Below are positions 1-10,546 of a stretch of DNA of 64,000 nucleotides, piece by piece. Source of the stretch: a virus (Duplodnaviria > Caudoviricetes). Position numbers and translations under genes: made by a program. Positions within the stretch are counted from its first letter, which is position 1. Every line of letters begins with the position of its first letter. Location: IMG/VR virus record IMGVR_UViG_3300029288_000077, positions 1 to 64,000 of that record, one strand, 5' to 3'. Below the pieces are notes generated by a model that was not told the origin of the DNA, ran no database searches, and saw only the letters and a list, made by a program, of their open reading frames with translations.

Positions 1-219
1 TTTCCAGATCTGAGTTGGAGTACTATCTAACTTCTTCAGAGACAGTGTTGTGTCAATTGGATGGGCAGTTTACTAGTCGCCCAGCCATTTCCCACAAGAG
101 CAATGATCGTACAAATATGTTTGGATCTGAGGGGCTAAAACCAACTGAACTGATGATGCCTCCTTATGAGGAATATTTGCCAGACGCTTTTTCCAGGAGT
201 CCAGATGCTATTCCTATGA

Positions 220-1110
220 TTGGGGTTCCAAAATAATTTAGTATCGAAAAGGATCGAACAAGTGGCAGAAAAGAAAACACCGCAGGGTGAAGTGTCGTCC
301 CAAGTTTCTGGTATTTCACAAGAAAAAATAAAAGAAATACCATACGGGGATCCAAAATGTCGCATTTGTAAGCTTCCTGTAGAAGACATAATACGCATAC
401 ACAAATTGAAGTTTGAAGAAGAGTATTCGTATAAAAAGATACGACAATTTCTGAAGGACAATTATGGTATAGGTAATGGATATAATTATCTGACAGATCA
501 TTTTCTGCGTCATACTGACAAGCGAACTCAAAAGCTTGTGGAGCGCAAAAAACAAGAGATACTAAAACCAGAAATATTAGAAGTGCTGGAACCTGTTGCC
601 AGAATAGGTTCTGAGAACGGGGAAAAGATAGAAAAAGCCTTTAACAAAATGGTTGGCTTGGTGTCTAAGTTTGTGGATCATATAGAAGTGGCCGCCAATC
701 ACCTCAACAAAAAACTATCAGAAATGGATGTTGAGGATGATAAATTTATAGAGGGTCTCGACTATACTAATACTTTGAATCTTATGAATCACATACTGAG
801 AAGTGCACGAGAACAGATAAAGGAGATAAGTGCACTTCGAGCACCTAAAGTGATGGTGATGCAATTTCTGTCTGATGCTGTAGATAGGTCTATTTTTGAG
901 ATCAACGGGGTGATGGCAGATTTATTTAGAAACGTACAAACAGAGGTTACCAGAGTGACCAAGACGGCGGGTTTTGATTTAGATCAGAAGGTGTTGATAG
1001 ATGTGATGAGTAAAGCAGCTTCAGATTATAAAAACAGGATACTTGAAGTCAGAAGAGATAATATAAAGAGAGCACAAAGAGCATTGGAAGAACTTGAAGA
1101 TTTGTTTTGA
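220..1110 (+). CDS. hypothetical protein with CxxC/HTH-like N-terminal domain and helical C-terminus (possible terminase small subunit-like)
   Basis: CRICK...SYKKIRQFL...HFLRH putative Zn-HTH; remainder helical; function is a guess. Confidence 0.3.
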   Translation: MGFQNNLVSKRIEQVAEKKTPQGEVSSQVSGISQEKIKEIPYGDPKCRICKLPVEDIIRIHKLKFEEEYSYKKIRQFLKDNYGIGNGYNYLTDHFLRHTDKRTQKLVERKKQEILKPEILEVLEPVARIGSENGEKIEKAFNKMVGLVSKFVDHIEVAANHLNKKLSEMDVEDDKFIEGLDYTNTLNLMNHILRSAREQIKEISALRAPKVMVMQFLSDAVDRSIFEINGVMADLFRNVQTEVTRVTKTAGFDLDQKVLIDVMSKAASDYKNRILEVRRDNIKRAQRALEELEDLF

Positions 1111-1119
1111 GGAGGGAAC

Positions 1120-1599
1120 ATGTTTTTAACAGTGGCGATGTCTGTAGAAGATCTTATGCGTGCGATTGATGTAGATGCAAGTGATAGAGCGGGTAGATGT
1201 GCAAGTAATATCTCTTCCTTTAATTTTGACACAGGAACACTCAATTTTATTACTAGGTGCTCGGGCTCCAGGAATTCGTGGCAACAAAGGATAGTGGTAG
1301 GAGACTGGGATGTGGTTCTAACAGATGAGTTAAAACAAAATAAACTTACCTGGGATCAGTTCAAAGTGCAGTTTCCTGAGATATTGAATTCAGATGTAAG
1401 AGTGGGGTGTACCTGTCCGTGGTTTCAAATGGGCGGTCCTGCGTATATACTTGATCAATTTGATGCTGGTGAGCTATCACTGACAAGGTACAAGAATACT
1501 AGAGGTCCGGAAGGCAGATATCCCAGTATGCGTGATCCAGACCTGGACCACACTTTATGCAAGCATCTGATAGCCGTGCTTCGTAAATACTTCAAATGA
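1120..1599 (+). CDS. SWIM zinc-finger protein
   Basis: VRVGCTCPWF ... LCKHLIAVL (CxC...CxH); GGAGG RBS upstream. Confidence 0.65.
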   Translation: MFLTVAMSVEDLMRAIDVDASDRAGRCASNISSFNFDTGTLNFITRCSGSRNSWQQRIVVGDWDVVLTDELKQNKLTWDQFKVQFPEILNSDVRVGCTCPWFQMGGPAYILDQFDAGELSLTRYKNTRGPEGRYPSMRDPDLDHTLCKHLIAVLRKYFK

Positions 1600-1609
1600 G
1601 TGAATATAC

Positions 1610-1637
1610 TTTACTCCTGTTTACATTATAGTATAAC
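1610..1637 (+). promoter_or_regulatory. promoter TTTACT-N16-TATAAC
   Basis: intergenic; same geometry as six other sites in window. Confidence 0.55.
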
Positions 1638-1685
1638 AATGTTGGATCTGGTTCTGATGTATAAACATCGAGAATAGGAAAGTAC

Positions 1686-2297
1686 ATGCTCATAGGAGTT
1701 CCAGAAAAGAAGAAAAAGATTTTTGTTCAGGATAAGACGGAATGTGATAGGTGCACCCCATATCCGTCATTTATGGCAGAAGAGGAGAAGAAGTCAGCAA
1801 AGGTGGTAGTAAGTAGGGGCGTGTATGTGGGTCTGAAGAAGATTCACGCACACATGACCAAAAATGGAATACCGTTGGTGGACGAAAACAAAGCACTGTT
1901 GGTTGCCAAAAAGATAAAGGAGGAAAAAGCATCAGTTTGGATTGAGCGCAATCCGGAAAGGTATGGGATAGGTTCAATAAATGGGTTCGAGTGCCAAGAA
2001 GCCCTAGAAGGAGGAACGAAAATGTCCAAGAAGAGTGAAGCAAAGGTTGATAAGCCGTCCGAGAAGAAGGTGTCTATTCGTGCGTTTATCGTAAACGCAC
2101 TGAAGGAGAAGCCGCACACCAAGTCTGACTTGGCAAAGGCCATCCTTGAGGCCAAGATTACGACCCAAGAGCCAGCCACGCTCATCAAGTACCTGAATGT
2201 CACGTTCAACAAGCTGCGACACACTGAGGGCATGGAGTTGGTTTCCGAGCCATCTGCCGACAAGAAATGCTCGGTGTATAGCCTGAAGAGCAAGTAA
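1686..2297 (+). CDS. hypothetical protein; C-terminal Lys-rich winged-helix-like DNA-binding domain
   Basis: ORF; in-frame internal ATG at 2022 preceded by AAGGAGG. Confidence 0.45.
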   Translation: MLIGVPEKKKKIFVQDKTECDRCTPYPSFMAEEEKKSAKVVVSRGVYVGLKKIHAHMTKNGIPLVDENKALLVAKKIKEEKASVWIERNPERYGIGSINGFECQEALEGGTKMSKKSEAKVDKPSEKKVSIRAFIVNALKEKPHTKSDLAKAILEAKITTQEPATLIKYLNVTFNKLRHTEGMELVSEPSADKKCSVYSLKSK

Positions 2298-2307
2298 ACG
2301 TGCGTTA

Positions 2308-2391
2308 GGGCAGGTGGCCGAGAGGCTGAAGGCGTCTGACTGTAAATCAGATGGGTGCATACCCACGGTGGTTCAAATCCATCCCTGCCCA
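2308..2391 (+). tRNA. tRNA-Tyr(GTA)
   Basis: acceptor GGGCAGG/CCTGCCC, anticodon arm TCTGA-CTGTAAA-TCAGA, long variable arm, GGTTCAAATCC T-loop; no encoded CCA. Confidence 0.95.
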
Positions 2392-2406
2392 TATGGTGGG
2401 TGATTC

Positions 2407-4311
2407 ATGAATAACATTGAGGAACTAAGAAAGAAGCTTGTGATAGCATCTTACTATTATTACAACGAACAACCTACTATGTCAGATGATGAGTACGATG
2501 GTCTCAAAGAGCAGTTGAAGAAGCTGAGTCCATCAGATGAAGTTTTGAAATTGGTTGGTGCGCCTGTGCCCGGCACAGCAAAGAAGGTGGAGCACAGGAT
2601 CCCTATGGGCAGTTTAGACAAAGTGGTGCGCGAGGATGAGTTCAAAAAGTGGGCAGAAAAAATCGGCGTTGGTAACTTTGTGATCGAGGAAAAGTTAGAT
2701 GGGATCAGTGTTGAGTTGGTTTATCAGGACGGGTTGTTGAGGTCTGCTAGCACACGTGGTGATGGTAAGGTGGGGGAGGAAATCATTCACAATATGGTGC
2801 TGGTGCAGAACGTGCCAGTGTCTGTAAAGCACAAGGGTGAGTTGTGTGTGCGTGGAGAGCTGGTGTTGAGCACAGAAAATTTCGACCAGCACTTTTTTAA
2901 TGAATACAGAAACCCGCGCAACACGGTTAGTGGTTTGTCTCGTAAAAAGGGTTTTAACCCACTGATGCAACACATGTCATTTGTGTGCCATGATGTATTG
3001 GTAAGTGTTTCAAAGGAGTCTGACAAGCTTGTGCTTGCACGCAACTTGGGGTTTGAGGTAGTAAAATACCATGTGGTTGGAGTAGATAACGCCATTAAGT
3101 GGTATGATAAATACGTAACAGAGCTTAGGGATGAGTGTGAATATGAAATCGATGGGTTGGTAGTGAAGTGCAATGATCTGTCGATTTCTGCTCAGGAGGA
3201 TCTAGATTCGGTAATTCAGTCAGGCACCCCCAAATATCAGATTGCCTGGAAGTTTCCTTCACAAACAAGTGTTAGTGTGATTCGTGCTGTTGAATGGAGT
3301 GTGGGTGTTGGTGGAAGGATCACCCCCGTTGCAATCATTGATCCTACGGACATTGGTGGGGTGACCATTACTAGGGTGAATCTACATAATTTGAGTAATA
3401 TTCAGTCCCTTGGTCTGAAGATCGGCAGCACTGTCTCTGTGAGCAGACGCAATGATGTAATTCCGCACATTGAAAAGGTGCTGTTGTCTGGTGAGGGAGA
3501 AGCCATTGGTGTGAGTGTGTGCCCTGAGTGCGGAGAAAAGATCTCGTGGGTTGGTGAATTTGTTGAATGTCATAATCCTGCTTGCAAGTCCAAGCTGTTT
3601 GGAGATCTAAAGAAGTGGATTCAAGTGATGGAACTGGATCAACTTGGTGATTCTTTTATTGAAGATGCTATTAATAGGTTTGGGGTGTGTTGTGTGGCTG
3701 ATTTATATAAGATCCCTCAAGAGGTGATGACAACCTTTGAGGGATATGGGCCGTCCAAGGCAAATACTATTATTTCTTCAATCCAGTCGAAGAAGAAGGT
3801 GAGTTTGCCAAAATTTATGGCTGCGTTGAATATTGGTGGCGTGTCTGAAAGTACTTTTAGCCTATTGTATGATAATGGATTCGATACGCTCGATAAGTTG
3901 TATTCGGCCACTGTCTGTGTTGTGGATGCTGTTCCTGGAATTGGACACAGCAAAGCGCTGGCTATTTTTGACGGCATATCGAAGAAGAAGATGGACATTG
4001 AACTGTTGTTGGTGGCTGGGATTGAAATTGAAGAAAAGTCAAATGATACCAGTCTGCCGTTGTGCGGTATGAGCTTTTGTTTTACGGGCGCACTTAGCAT
4101 CAAACGCAGTAGTGCCGAAAAGTTAGTCAAAAAGTTGGGCGGAGACGTGAAAAGCACGGTTACCAAGGGTCTGACATACTTAGTGCAGGCCGACCCAAAT
4201 TCTACCTCCAGCAAGTCGGTGAAGGCCAGGCAAAACGGCACCAAAATCATCAACGAGGATGGGTTTGTGGAAATCACTGGCTTTTCTATTGATGCCATAG
4301 CAGGTTTATGA
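2407..4311 (+). CDS. ligA: NAD-dependent DNA ligase
   Basis: EEKLDG adenylation motif, STRGDG, NPRN, DGLVVK, Cys4 Zn finger, HhH repeats, C-terminal BRCT (FCFTG...GG). Confidence 0.97.
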   Translation: MNNIEELRKKLVIASYYYYNEQPTMSDDEYDGLKEQLKKLSPSDEVLKLVGAPVPGTAKKVEHRIPMGSLDKVVREDEFKKWAEKIGVGNFVIEEKLDGISVELVYQDGLLRSASTRGDGKVGEEIIHNMVLVQNVPVSVKHKGELCVRGELVLSTENFDQHFFNEYRNPRNTVSGLSRKKGFNPLMQHMSFVCHDVLVSVSKESDKLVLARNLGFEVVKYHVVGVDNAIKWYDKYVTELRDECEYEIDGLVVKCNDLSISAQEDLDSVIQSGTPKYQIAWKFPSQTSVSVIRAVEWSVGVGGRITPVAIIDPTDIGGVTITRVNLHNLSNIQSLGLKIGSTVSVSRRNDVIPHIEKVLLSGEGEAIGVSVCPECGEKISWVGEFVECHNPACKSKLFGDLKKWIQVMELDQLGDSFIEDAINRFGVCCVADLYKIPQEVMTTFEGYGPSKANTIISSIQSKKKVSLPKFMAALNIGGVSESTFSLLYDNGFDTLDKLYSATVCVVDAVPGIGHSKALAIFDGISKKKMDIELLLVAGIEIEEKSNDTSLPLCGMSFCFTGALSIKRSSAEKLVKKLGGDVKSTVTKGLTYLVQADPNSTSSKSVKARQNGTKIINEDGFVEITGFSIDAIAGL

Positions 4312-4337
4312 CTATATATGACCATACGCTGTGATAC

Positions 4338-4366
4338 TTGACAGTGAGTTCGAGCTGTGGTAGAAT
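4338..4366 (+). promoter_or_regulatory. sigma70-type promoter for the phage sigma gene
   Basis: TTGACA-N17-TAGAAT. Confidence 0.7.
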
Positions 4367-4441
4367 CGATCCTGAATGGTGGTTAGTGATCTAAGTTTAA
4401 CAATTACTGGGAACCACTTGAATTCATAAACAAATAGGAGA

Positions 4442-5056
4442 GTGATGATGACGCCGACCATCGACGTTATGGAGTATCAAGGTTTGGTTGTGTCGATTGC
4501 CCGTCGTTATTGCCGAAACGGGCAGGAGCTGTTAGACTTCATACAAGAGGGCAACATTGGTTTGTTGAAAGCCAGGGATAAGTATGACCCTGATCGTCCA
4601 GCGAAGTTCTCAACCGTAGCCCACCACTGGATTACCAAGTATGTTCGTATGGCGGCCATGAAGCGCGGGCTGATTCATGTGCCGTTCCGGGTGCAGTACA
4701 CCGCTCGACGTGTCAACCGTGAGTGTGCCAAAACCTATGCTCGTACAGGTATGGATCTCAGACAAACCAATTTTTACGCTGATACCTCAACTTCTACTGC
4801 TGATGGCGTTGAGTGTGAGGAGCTGCCTGTGGAATGTTGTGCTGACGGTGTTCTTGAGAATCGAGAAGAACGAGCATTGATCAACCAGGCTTTTGAACTG
4901 CTGTCTGACAAGGAAAGGGACGTACTTCTGTTTCGTATGGAGGGGGAGGAGCTGCAAGCGATTGGTAGTATGCTTGGGTGTTCGAAGCAGCGAGTCAATC
5001 AGATCTTCAACAAGGCGGTGTGCAAAATCCAGTCTTTTGTTCAGTTGAACTCCTGA
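4442..5056 (+). CDS. RNA polymerase sigma70-family factor (regions 2 and 4)
   Basis: LVVSIARRY, DFIQEGNIGLLKA..KYDP..KFSTVA.HWI; region 4 LSDKER...LQAIG..LGCSKQRVNQI. Confidence 0.9.
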   Translation: MMMTPTIDVMEYQGLVVSIARRYCRNGQELLDFIQEGNIGLLKARDKYDPDRPAKFSTVAHHWITKYVRMAAMKRGLIHVPFRVQYTARRVNRECAKTYARTGMDLRQTNFYADTSTSTADGVECEELPVECCADGVLENREERALINQAFELLSDKERDVLLFRMEGEELQAIGSMLGCSKQRVNQIFNKAVCKIQSFVQLNS

Positions 5057-5111
5057 CGCACCTTTATCCAGCCACAGTTAGAGATGGTATGTTTACCTTA
5101 GGAGGTGTTAC

Positions 5112-5612
5112 ATGCCTGACAAGGTGATGTTGAATATACCAGAAAAGTTGGTGATACTGCCAATACCAATAAAGATTACAAGTCCTTTCGGTGATCGGGT
5201 ATTAAAAGACAAAGAACTGCGCGGAGGAAAAAAACACTTTCATAATGGTGTGGATTTGAGTGCTCCTGTTGGCACCCCATGTTTGTGTCCGTTGCCTGGT
5301 AAAGTAGTGAAGAGGTACTGGTCAGATTTGGGTGGGTGGCAGTTGATCATAAAACACGAAAATAACTTGTTTACGGGATGGGCGCACCTTAGCAAATACG
5401 CAGATGGGGTGGTGGTTGGTTCAGAACTGAAGACAGGTCAAGTATGCTGTTATACTGGCAACTCTGGAGTCAGCGGCAAGAAGGACGAGAAAACTGGTGA
5501 GTTGTTAAAGAATGGGTATGTCCCGCATCTGCACTTTACCTTGAGAGTTGGTAAGGTGTTTATTGACCCTGAAATTTACATAGCCCAGGGTGTTAATTTA
5601 ATAGCTGGTTGA
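5112..5612 (+). CDS. M23 family metallopeptidase (peptidoglycan hydrolase)
   Basis: ITSPFG, HNGVDL, AHL, GNSG, PHLHF motifs. Confidence 0.9.
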   Translation: MPDKVMLNIPEKLVILPIPIKITSPFGDRVLKDKELRGGKKHFHNGVDLSAPVGTPCLCPLPGKVVKRYWSDLGGWQLIIKHENNLFTGWAHLSKYADGVVVGSELKTGQVCCYTGNSGVSGKKDEKTGELLKNGYVPHLHFTLRVGKVFIDPEIYIAQGVNLIAG

Positions 5613-6252
5613 GTACGTATCCTGTCCGGTGTTCTTGTATGTAATCCAAATCTTTTTCTGTAACCAAAATTCCATTGTAATGCAGATCGTGCAGTTTCCA
5701 CTCCCGAAACACAAAGGTGTCTTTTAGATAGTCAGAATATAAATATGTATTCGTTGCACGGGTTACTATTTCTGCGTTCAAGAATAGCTGCGACTTTTGT
5801 TTATCATAGTGTTTCTTGGTTTCATTGGTTTCTTCTGTCTTTACTCCCATTGGATAAGTAAGGAAAATGTGTTGTAGGTGTTCTGGCTTTATGCCAATAC
5901 TTTGTAACATTTTTTCATATGCTTCGTTTATGTACTTGTTACTAGATGGGGCGCTCCAATCTCCTTGATATATAAGCGATGAAAACCAAAACCTGTCTAT
6001 GAGTATTGGTTGACTGGCGTGTGTTGCTTCTGCCAAAGCCTGCTTTTGTTCATTTATTAGTGCATCTAGCCAGTTTTTCTTTACTGTTTCGTAGTCTGGT
6101 GTTCCTTTCATAGTTACCAAGTCTGAAAAGGCTTTACTAGAACACAGTGATTGTGATGGAAAAGCAAGGCGAGTACATTTTACTTTCTTTGAAACCCTGT
6201 CTATTAGACTAGTCTTTCCGGTATTGTCGATGCCATCTATGGTTATGATCAT
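5593..6252 (-). CDS. thymidylate/deoxynucleotide monophosphate kinase-like protein
   Basis: IITIDGIDNTGKTS P-loop, LIDRFWFSSLIYQG; only convincing minus-strand gene. Confidence 0.8.
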   Translation of the reverse strand: MIITIDGIDNTGKTSLIDRVSKKVKCTRLAFPSQSLCSSKAFSDLVTMKGTPDYETVKKNWLDALINEQKQALAEATHASQPILIDRFWFSSLIYQGDWSAPSSNKYINEAYEKMLQSIGIKPEHLQHIFLTYPMGVKTEETNETKKHYDKQKSQLFLNAEIVTRATNTYLYSDYLKDTFVFREWKLHDLHYNGILVTEKDLDYIQEHRTGYVLNQLLN

Positions 6253-6304
6253 TGGGCCTCCGTGTTTCCTTTTATTTACCTTTTACTAGATCGGAGTAAA
6301 CCTG

Positions 6305-7066
6305 GTGTGTATGGTGCCTAGTGCAATAAAAGAAGTGGTTAACAAACTGCGATACATGTCTGGGGTAAATGAAAAAGCCGCAGCATACTTCAATGAAGAA
6401 TTGAAAAGATATAAGGTCATACACAAATATGTTCTAGATAGAGTGAGTGATAAGTGTGTTGATAAATTCAGAATTGGTTTTGTGTCTGGAAAAGGGATAG
6501 AGGAGTTTGTCAGTAAAGGTGTTGTTAGTAAACAAGATTTGCTATCTGTGGGTCTTATTCAAGAAAAAGGAGTACCTTACTTTTTTAATAGGATACTTAT
6601 ACCCATTTATAATTTCGGGCTGTATACTGGGTTCAGTGCTCGTACGGTAGATGGCTCAAGTCCTAAATATATCAATACCAAGTCAAACATGTTATATGAT
6701 AAAAGTAGGACACTGTTTGGATTGCAATACGCCAGAAAGTTCATATACGAAAAGAAATATGCAATTATAGTTGAAGGATACTTTGATTTTTTGACACTGT
6801 TTTCTTTGGGAGTAAAAAACGTGGTGGCATTGGGTGGTACTGCGTTTACTGACAAACACGCTGCCATTTTACTGAGGTACGCAAATCATGCTGTGGTGGT
6901 GTTGGATGGTGATGGTGCAGGCAGAGAAGCCACAAAGAGAGTGAAAATCAAGTTGGCTGCTGCTGGAGTAAGTTCTGCGGTGTACAAGTTGCCGGACAAA
7001 ACGGATCCAGACGAGTATGTAACTAGAGTTGGTGTGAACGAATTCTATAAGGAGATTGAAATATGA
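6305..7066 (+). CDS. DnaG-like DNA primase (catalytic/TOPRIM core, no Zn-binding domain)
   Basis: FFNRILIPI, GFSAR, PKYIN, IVEGYFD, ALGGTA, LDGDGAG, DPDE. Confidence 0.9.
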   Translation: MCMVPSAIKEVVNKLRYMSGVNEKAAAYFNEELKRYKVIHKYVLDRVSDKCVDKFRIGFVSGKGIEEFVSKGVVSKQDLLSVGLIQEKGVPYFFNRILIPIYNFGLYTGFSARTVDGSSPKYINTKSNMLYDKSRTLFGLQYARKFIYEKKYAIIVEGYFDFLTLFSLGVKNVVALGGTAFTDKHAAILLRYANHAVVVLDGDGAGREATKRVKIKLAAAGVSSAVYKLPDKTDPDEYVTRVGVNEFYKEIEI

Positions 7067-7704
7067 GTGGATATGATGTTGTTTTAGCCGATCCGCCTTG
7101 GCGGTATGATGATAAGTGTGTGGCTGGTAAAAGGGGGGCAGATTTCAAGTATAGCACCATGAGTTTCGACGAACTGAGGCTGTGTGGCGTTCACAGAATC
7201 ATATCCAAGAACAGTTTGTTGTTTCTTTGGACCACTGGTCCGATGATGCATGACGCCATCTCGCTTATGCCAGCGTGGGGGTTTGATTTCAAGACTGTCG
7301 CTTTTGTGTGGATAAAGGCGTCTCTTAGAAAGCTTACCAAAAAAAGGATCCAATCTATGCTGTGGTGCTATGGGAAGACTGGTAGTATTGGTTCTATTGA
7401 AGATTTTGTGTCGCTATTCTGGGGAATGGGCAGCACCACGCGAGTCAACGCCGAATTTTGTCTTTTGGGTGTTGGGGGCAAAGGCGTAAAAAGAAAGAGC
7501 GCGTCAGTTCATCAAGTGGTTTTGCATTCTAGACTTGCACAGCACTCCGCCAAACCTGATGAGGTACGTAACAGGATTGACAAGCTTGTTGGTAATGAGG
7601 TATCGAAAGTTGAGTTGTTTGCGAGAGAGAGAGCAGTTGGGTGGGACGCCACCGGCTTGGAATTGGACGGCGTAGACATAAATGACTTCACAAAAGTGAG
7701 ATAA
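7063..7704 (+). CDS. MT-A70 family adenine methyltransferase
   Basis: LADPPW, LFLW, WGF, HSAKP, ELFARE. Confidence 0.9.
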   Translation: MSGYDVVLADPPWRYDDKCVAGKRGADFKYSTMSFDELRLCGVHRIISKNSLLFLWTTGPMMHDAISLMPAWGFDFKTVAFVWIKASLRKLTKKRIQSMLWCYGKTGSIGSIEDFVSLFWGMGSTTRVNAEFCLLGVGGKGVKRKSASVHQVVLHSRLAQHSAKPDEVRNRIDKLVGNEVSKVELFARERAVGWDATGLELDGVDINDFTKVR

Positions 7705-7723
7705 TGTAGGATAAAGAAGTGCA

Positions 7724-7752
7724 TTGACTCAGTGATTGTTAAGCAGTACAAT
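7724..7752 (+). promoter_or_regulatory. sigma70-type promoter
   Basis: TTGACT-N17-TACAAT, intergenic. Confidence 0.6.
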
Positions 7753-7787
7753 AAGAGTGAACGTGGTTAGATACCACACTTAGAAAG

Positions 7788-8288
7788 GTGAAGAAAATGG
7801 AAGCAGTTGCTGAGAAGAATGAAGAGTCCGAGGAGATGGATGATCGCCCGGTTACGACCCCCGAGGAGCGAAAGGAATACGCCAGACAACAGCGCAAGTT
7901 TCTGATCGATAAGGGGATCAAGAATCCGAAGAACATCATTCGGATCTTCAAGATCGCCGGTCCTGGCCAGATCCAAGAGAGCTGGAAGCTGGCCACTTCC
8001 AAGGACTGGACCACTGAGACAGGTGAGGCCGAAAAGGACCTGTTGATGTGCATCCTGGTCGGTTCGAGGGAGAACCGACTTGGGTGGGACCGTACCAGCG
8101 CAGTTCTGGAAGACACTGGGTTCTATGTACCGGAGGCGTTCAATGCTCGATGCTTCTACCGCACCCTTCGAGGGGCGCAGGAAATCCTGGTTCCTAATTC
8201 CGTGCGCCTGTCAAAGGAAGAGGAGATGGAGGTCGCAGACACCCTTGAACAGTACCTTGCAAGCAGAGAAAACGCGCAGCAACAGTGA
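7788..8288 (+). CDS. hypothetical protein
   Basis: ORF behind promoter with C/G-ending codon bias. Confidence 0.5.
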   Translation: MKKMEAVAEKNEESEEMDDRPVTTPEERKEYARQQRKFLIDKGIKNPKNIIRIFKIAGPGQIQESWKLATSKDWTTETGEAEKDLLMCILVGSRENRLGWDRTSAVLEDTGFYVPEAFNARCFYRTLRGAQEILVPNSVRLSKEEEMEVADTLEQYLASRENAQQQ

Positions 8289-8480
8289 CCTGTCCAAAGA
8301 AGATATTGAGCGTTCGAAGGACATGGTTATTGATGCGCTCAATGTGGCCTATGCTGCGTGGAGAAACACAAACGGCGTGGATGTTGAATCTGTGACCATG
8401 ATGGACAAAACACACCGTTTGGTGATAGATTACATTGAATCCCTGCTCGGAAACCAGCAGACCATCCCACTGATATCCAA

Positions 8481-8846
8481 ATGATTACGATTGTGGCTGG
8501 GTCAAGGTCGATAGTTGACTATGACCTGGTGAAGAAGTGTATCGAGGAGTCAGGTGTTGGTATTACGGAATTGGTGTCTGGGTGTGCTGTGGGCGTTGAT
8601 AAATTGGGCATCAGGTGGGCCTTGGAGAATCAAGTACCGGTGAAAAAGTTTCCTGTGACTGATGAAGATTGGAAAGTGTTTGGAAAACGTGCAGGTATTT
8701 TGAGGAACGAAAAGATGGGTCATTACTCAGAAGCTTTGGTTGCGGTGTGGGACGGAAAGTCTAGCGGTACCAAACACATGATCGATTTTGCGATCAGACT
8801 TGGATTGCTCGTGAGAGTATTTACTGTGGGTGATGATGCAGTATAA
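8481..8846 (+). CDS. SLOG/YspA-like (DUF2493-type) protein
   Basis: IVAGSR, VSGCAVGVD, AGILRNEKM, WDGKSSGTKHMI. Confidence 0.8.
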   Translation: MITIVAGSRSIVDYDLVKKCIEESGVGITELVSGCAVGVDKLGIRWALENQVPVKKFPVTDEDWKVFGKRAGILRNEKMGHYSEALVAVWDGKSSGTKHMIDFAIRLGLLVRVFTVGDDAV

Positions 8847-8847
8847 C
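8820..8847 (+). promoter_or_regulatory. promoter TTTACT-N16-TATAAC
   Basis: matches recurrent motif; ahead of ORF 8877. Confidence 0.5.
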
Positions 8848-10474
8848 ATTATTAGAGATAGTTACGAGAGGGTGTTATGAACAACGACATTCAATTCCTT
8901 AGAAAGAATCCAGATAGATGCAATCAAGTACTGAAGTCTTTTCCCGGTATTGTTCTTAAGTACTTCCCAGACGGACGTTCTTGGATGCTGCTTTTGGCGG
9001 TTTGCCCACTCTCCAAGAAGAGAGATCTCAAGATGTTTAAGCTGTTTGACGGTGCTTTTAAGAAGGACCCCAAGAAAGCTTTTGGTATCATGTTTAGCAT
9101 GCTGACCGATCACCTACTTGCGGAATCTTTTAGACTTGGCTTGCCACAAGTCATGATTTCTCGTGTTTGTGCCGGGCACTGTACAACAAGTATTTGATGC
9201 CATTGGGGAGAATCTTCCGGTGATTGATGACATTTTGATCAGCAAAATTGGTGTTGCTTTTGATGCTGGTAACGGTACCTCGTACTCTCTTGCAAATCGA
9301 GAAGAGGTACTGTCTTTTCTGGAACAGCACCGTGGAAAGAAAGTGTTCACCGTTTCGTGGTGAGGTGCAAGTATGCGAGAAATTGGGTACAATCACGAAG
9401 TTGCGGTAGAAGTAAAAGAGGCGTCATATCGTTATGAGTGTGTTGCGGTGTTTCAGATTGTGAACAAGAAGACTGACACTGACAAACTATCAGAATACAT
9501 CCACAATGAATTAAGCAAACTAGAAAATCAATCTAATGGGTATATGCAGGATGAGTCTAGGTGGTTGTTTGAAGTAACTAAAAAGCTGAAGGTTACTATC
9601 AAATGGACCATGGAATGCTGTACGAAAAGCGCAAACCCAATCCAAGACGTGTTGAATAGAGTATTTTCCCTCATCCACGGGTCTTGTGAATGTAGAATTC
9701 TAAGTTTGACAGCAGATGTCGAGAAGGTTTCTGAAACATTCAGTGCTTGTGTAAGACCTACGTATGAAAGTTGGAGGTAAATTATGAAGCGTAAAGATTT
9801 GCATGATGGAATGCACGTAGTTGTTAACACTGGTGAGAACCACCGCGAAGAACGTACAGAGGCATACATCGTCCAGAACGGTGGATGGGCTGCTGTGCAG
9901 GAGATTCGGAAGGGCAAGACACCTGCATTCAAAACTCCTGTTACGATGTTTGAAAACCCGTACACAAACACCCCAAAGTACTTTGTCTGTGGTGAAGGCT
10001 TGCCACACGTTGCAATAGCAGTATTGCATACGTTCCCTGCATATAAGCATGCTGGAGTAAACTACCCCGAGCAAACTTTGTGGATTCCAATGGTCGTGGC
10101 CCCCGAGAAGGTTATTTGTACATGGAAGCGACATCTGGAGAAGTTGGAAGAAGAGAAGAAGCGCCAGGAAGAGCAGAAAAACGAAGCAGAGAAGCAGAAG
10201 TTAATAAGGCAAGAAAAAGAGTTTCTCAAGGAAAAGATTAGAAGGGGCCTATACGATCTTGGCCTGAGGAAGATCCAGTTTCCTGGGCTTACTTACGATG
10301 AGAGCTATGACGATGAGGATAGTGTAATTACTGAAGAGAATGATATTATTCTCGATATGTATGAGTTGAAGGTGTTGTTGGATAAAATAGCCTGTACAAA
10401 CCTTTAAATGGAGGAACTTGGAACAAATGATGTAGAGTGGTGTGAACAGTAGTAAGGTTGAGAGCATGGAATGT

Positions 10475-10546
10475 GCCCCCATAGGCTAACGGCAAAACCG
10501 AGGCGTTTATACCGCCTGATTCTCCGTTCGAATCGGAGTGGGGGCA
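10475..10546 (+). tRNA. tRNA-Ile(TAT)
   Basis: acceptor GCCCCCA/TGGGGGC, anticodon arm AGGCG-TTTATAC-CGCCT, T arm CTCCG-TTCGAAT-CGGAG, discriminator A. Confidence 0.85.
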
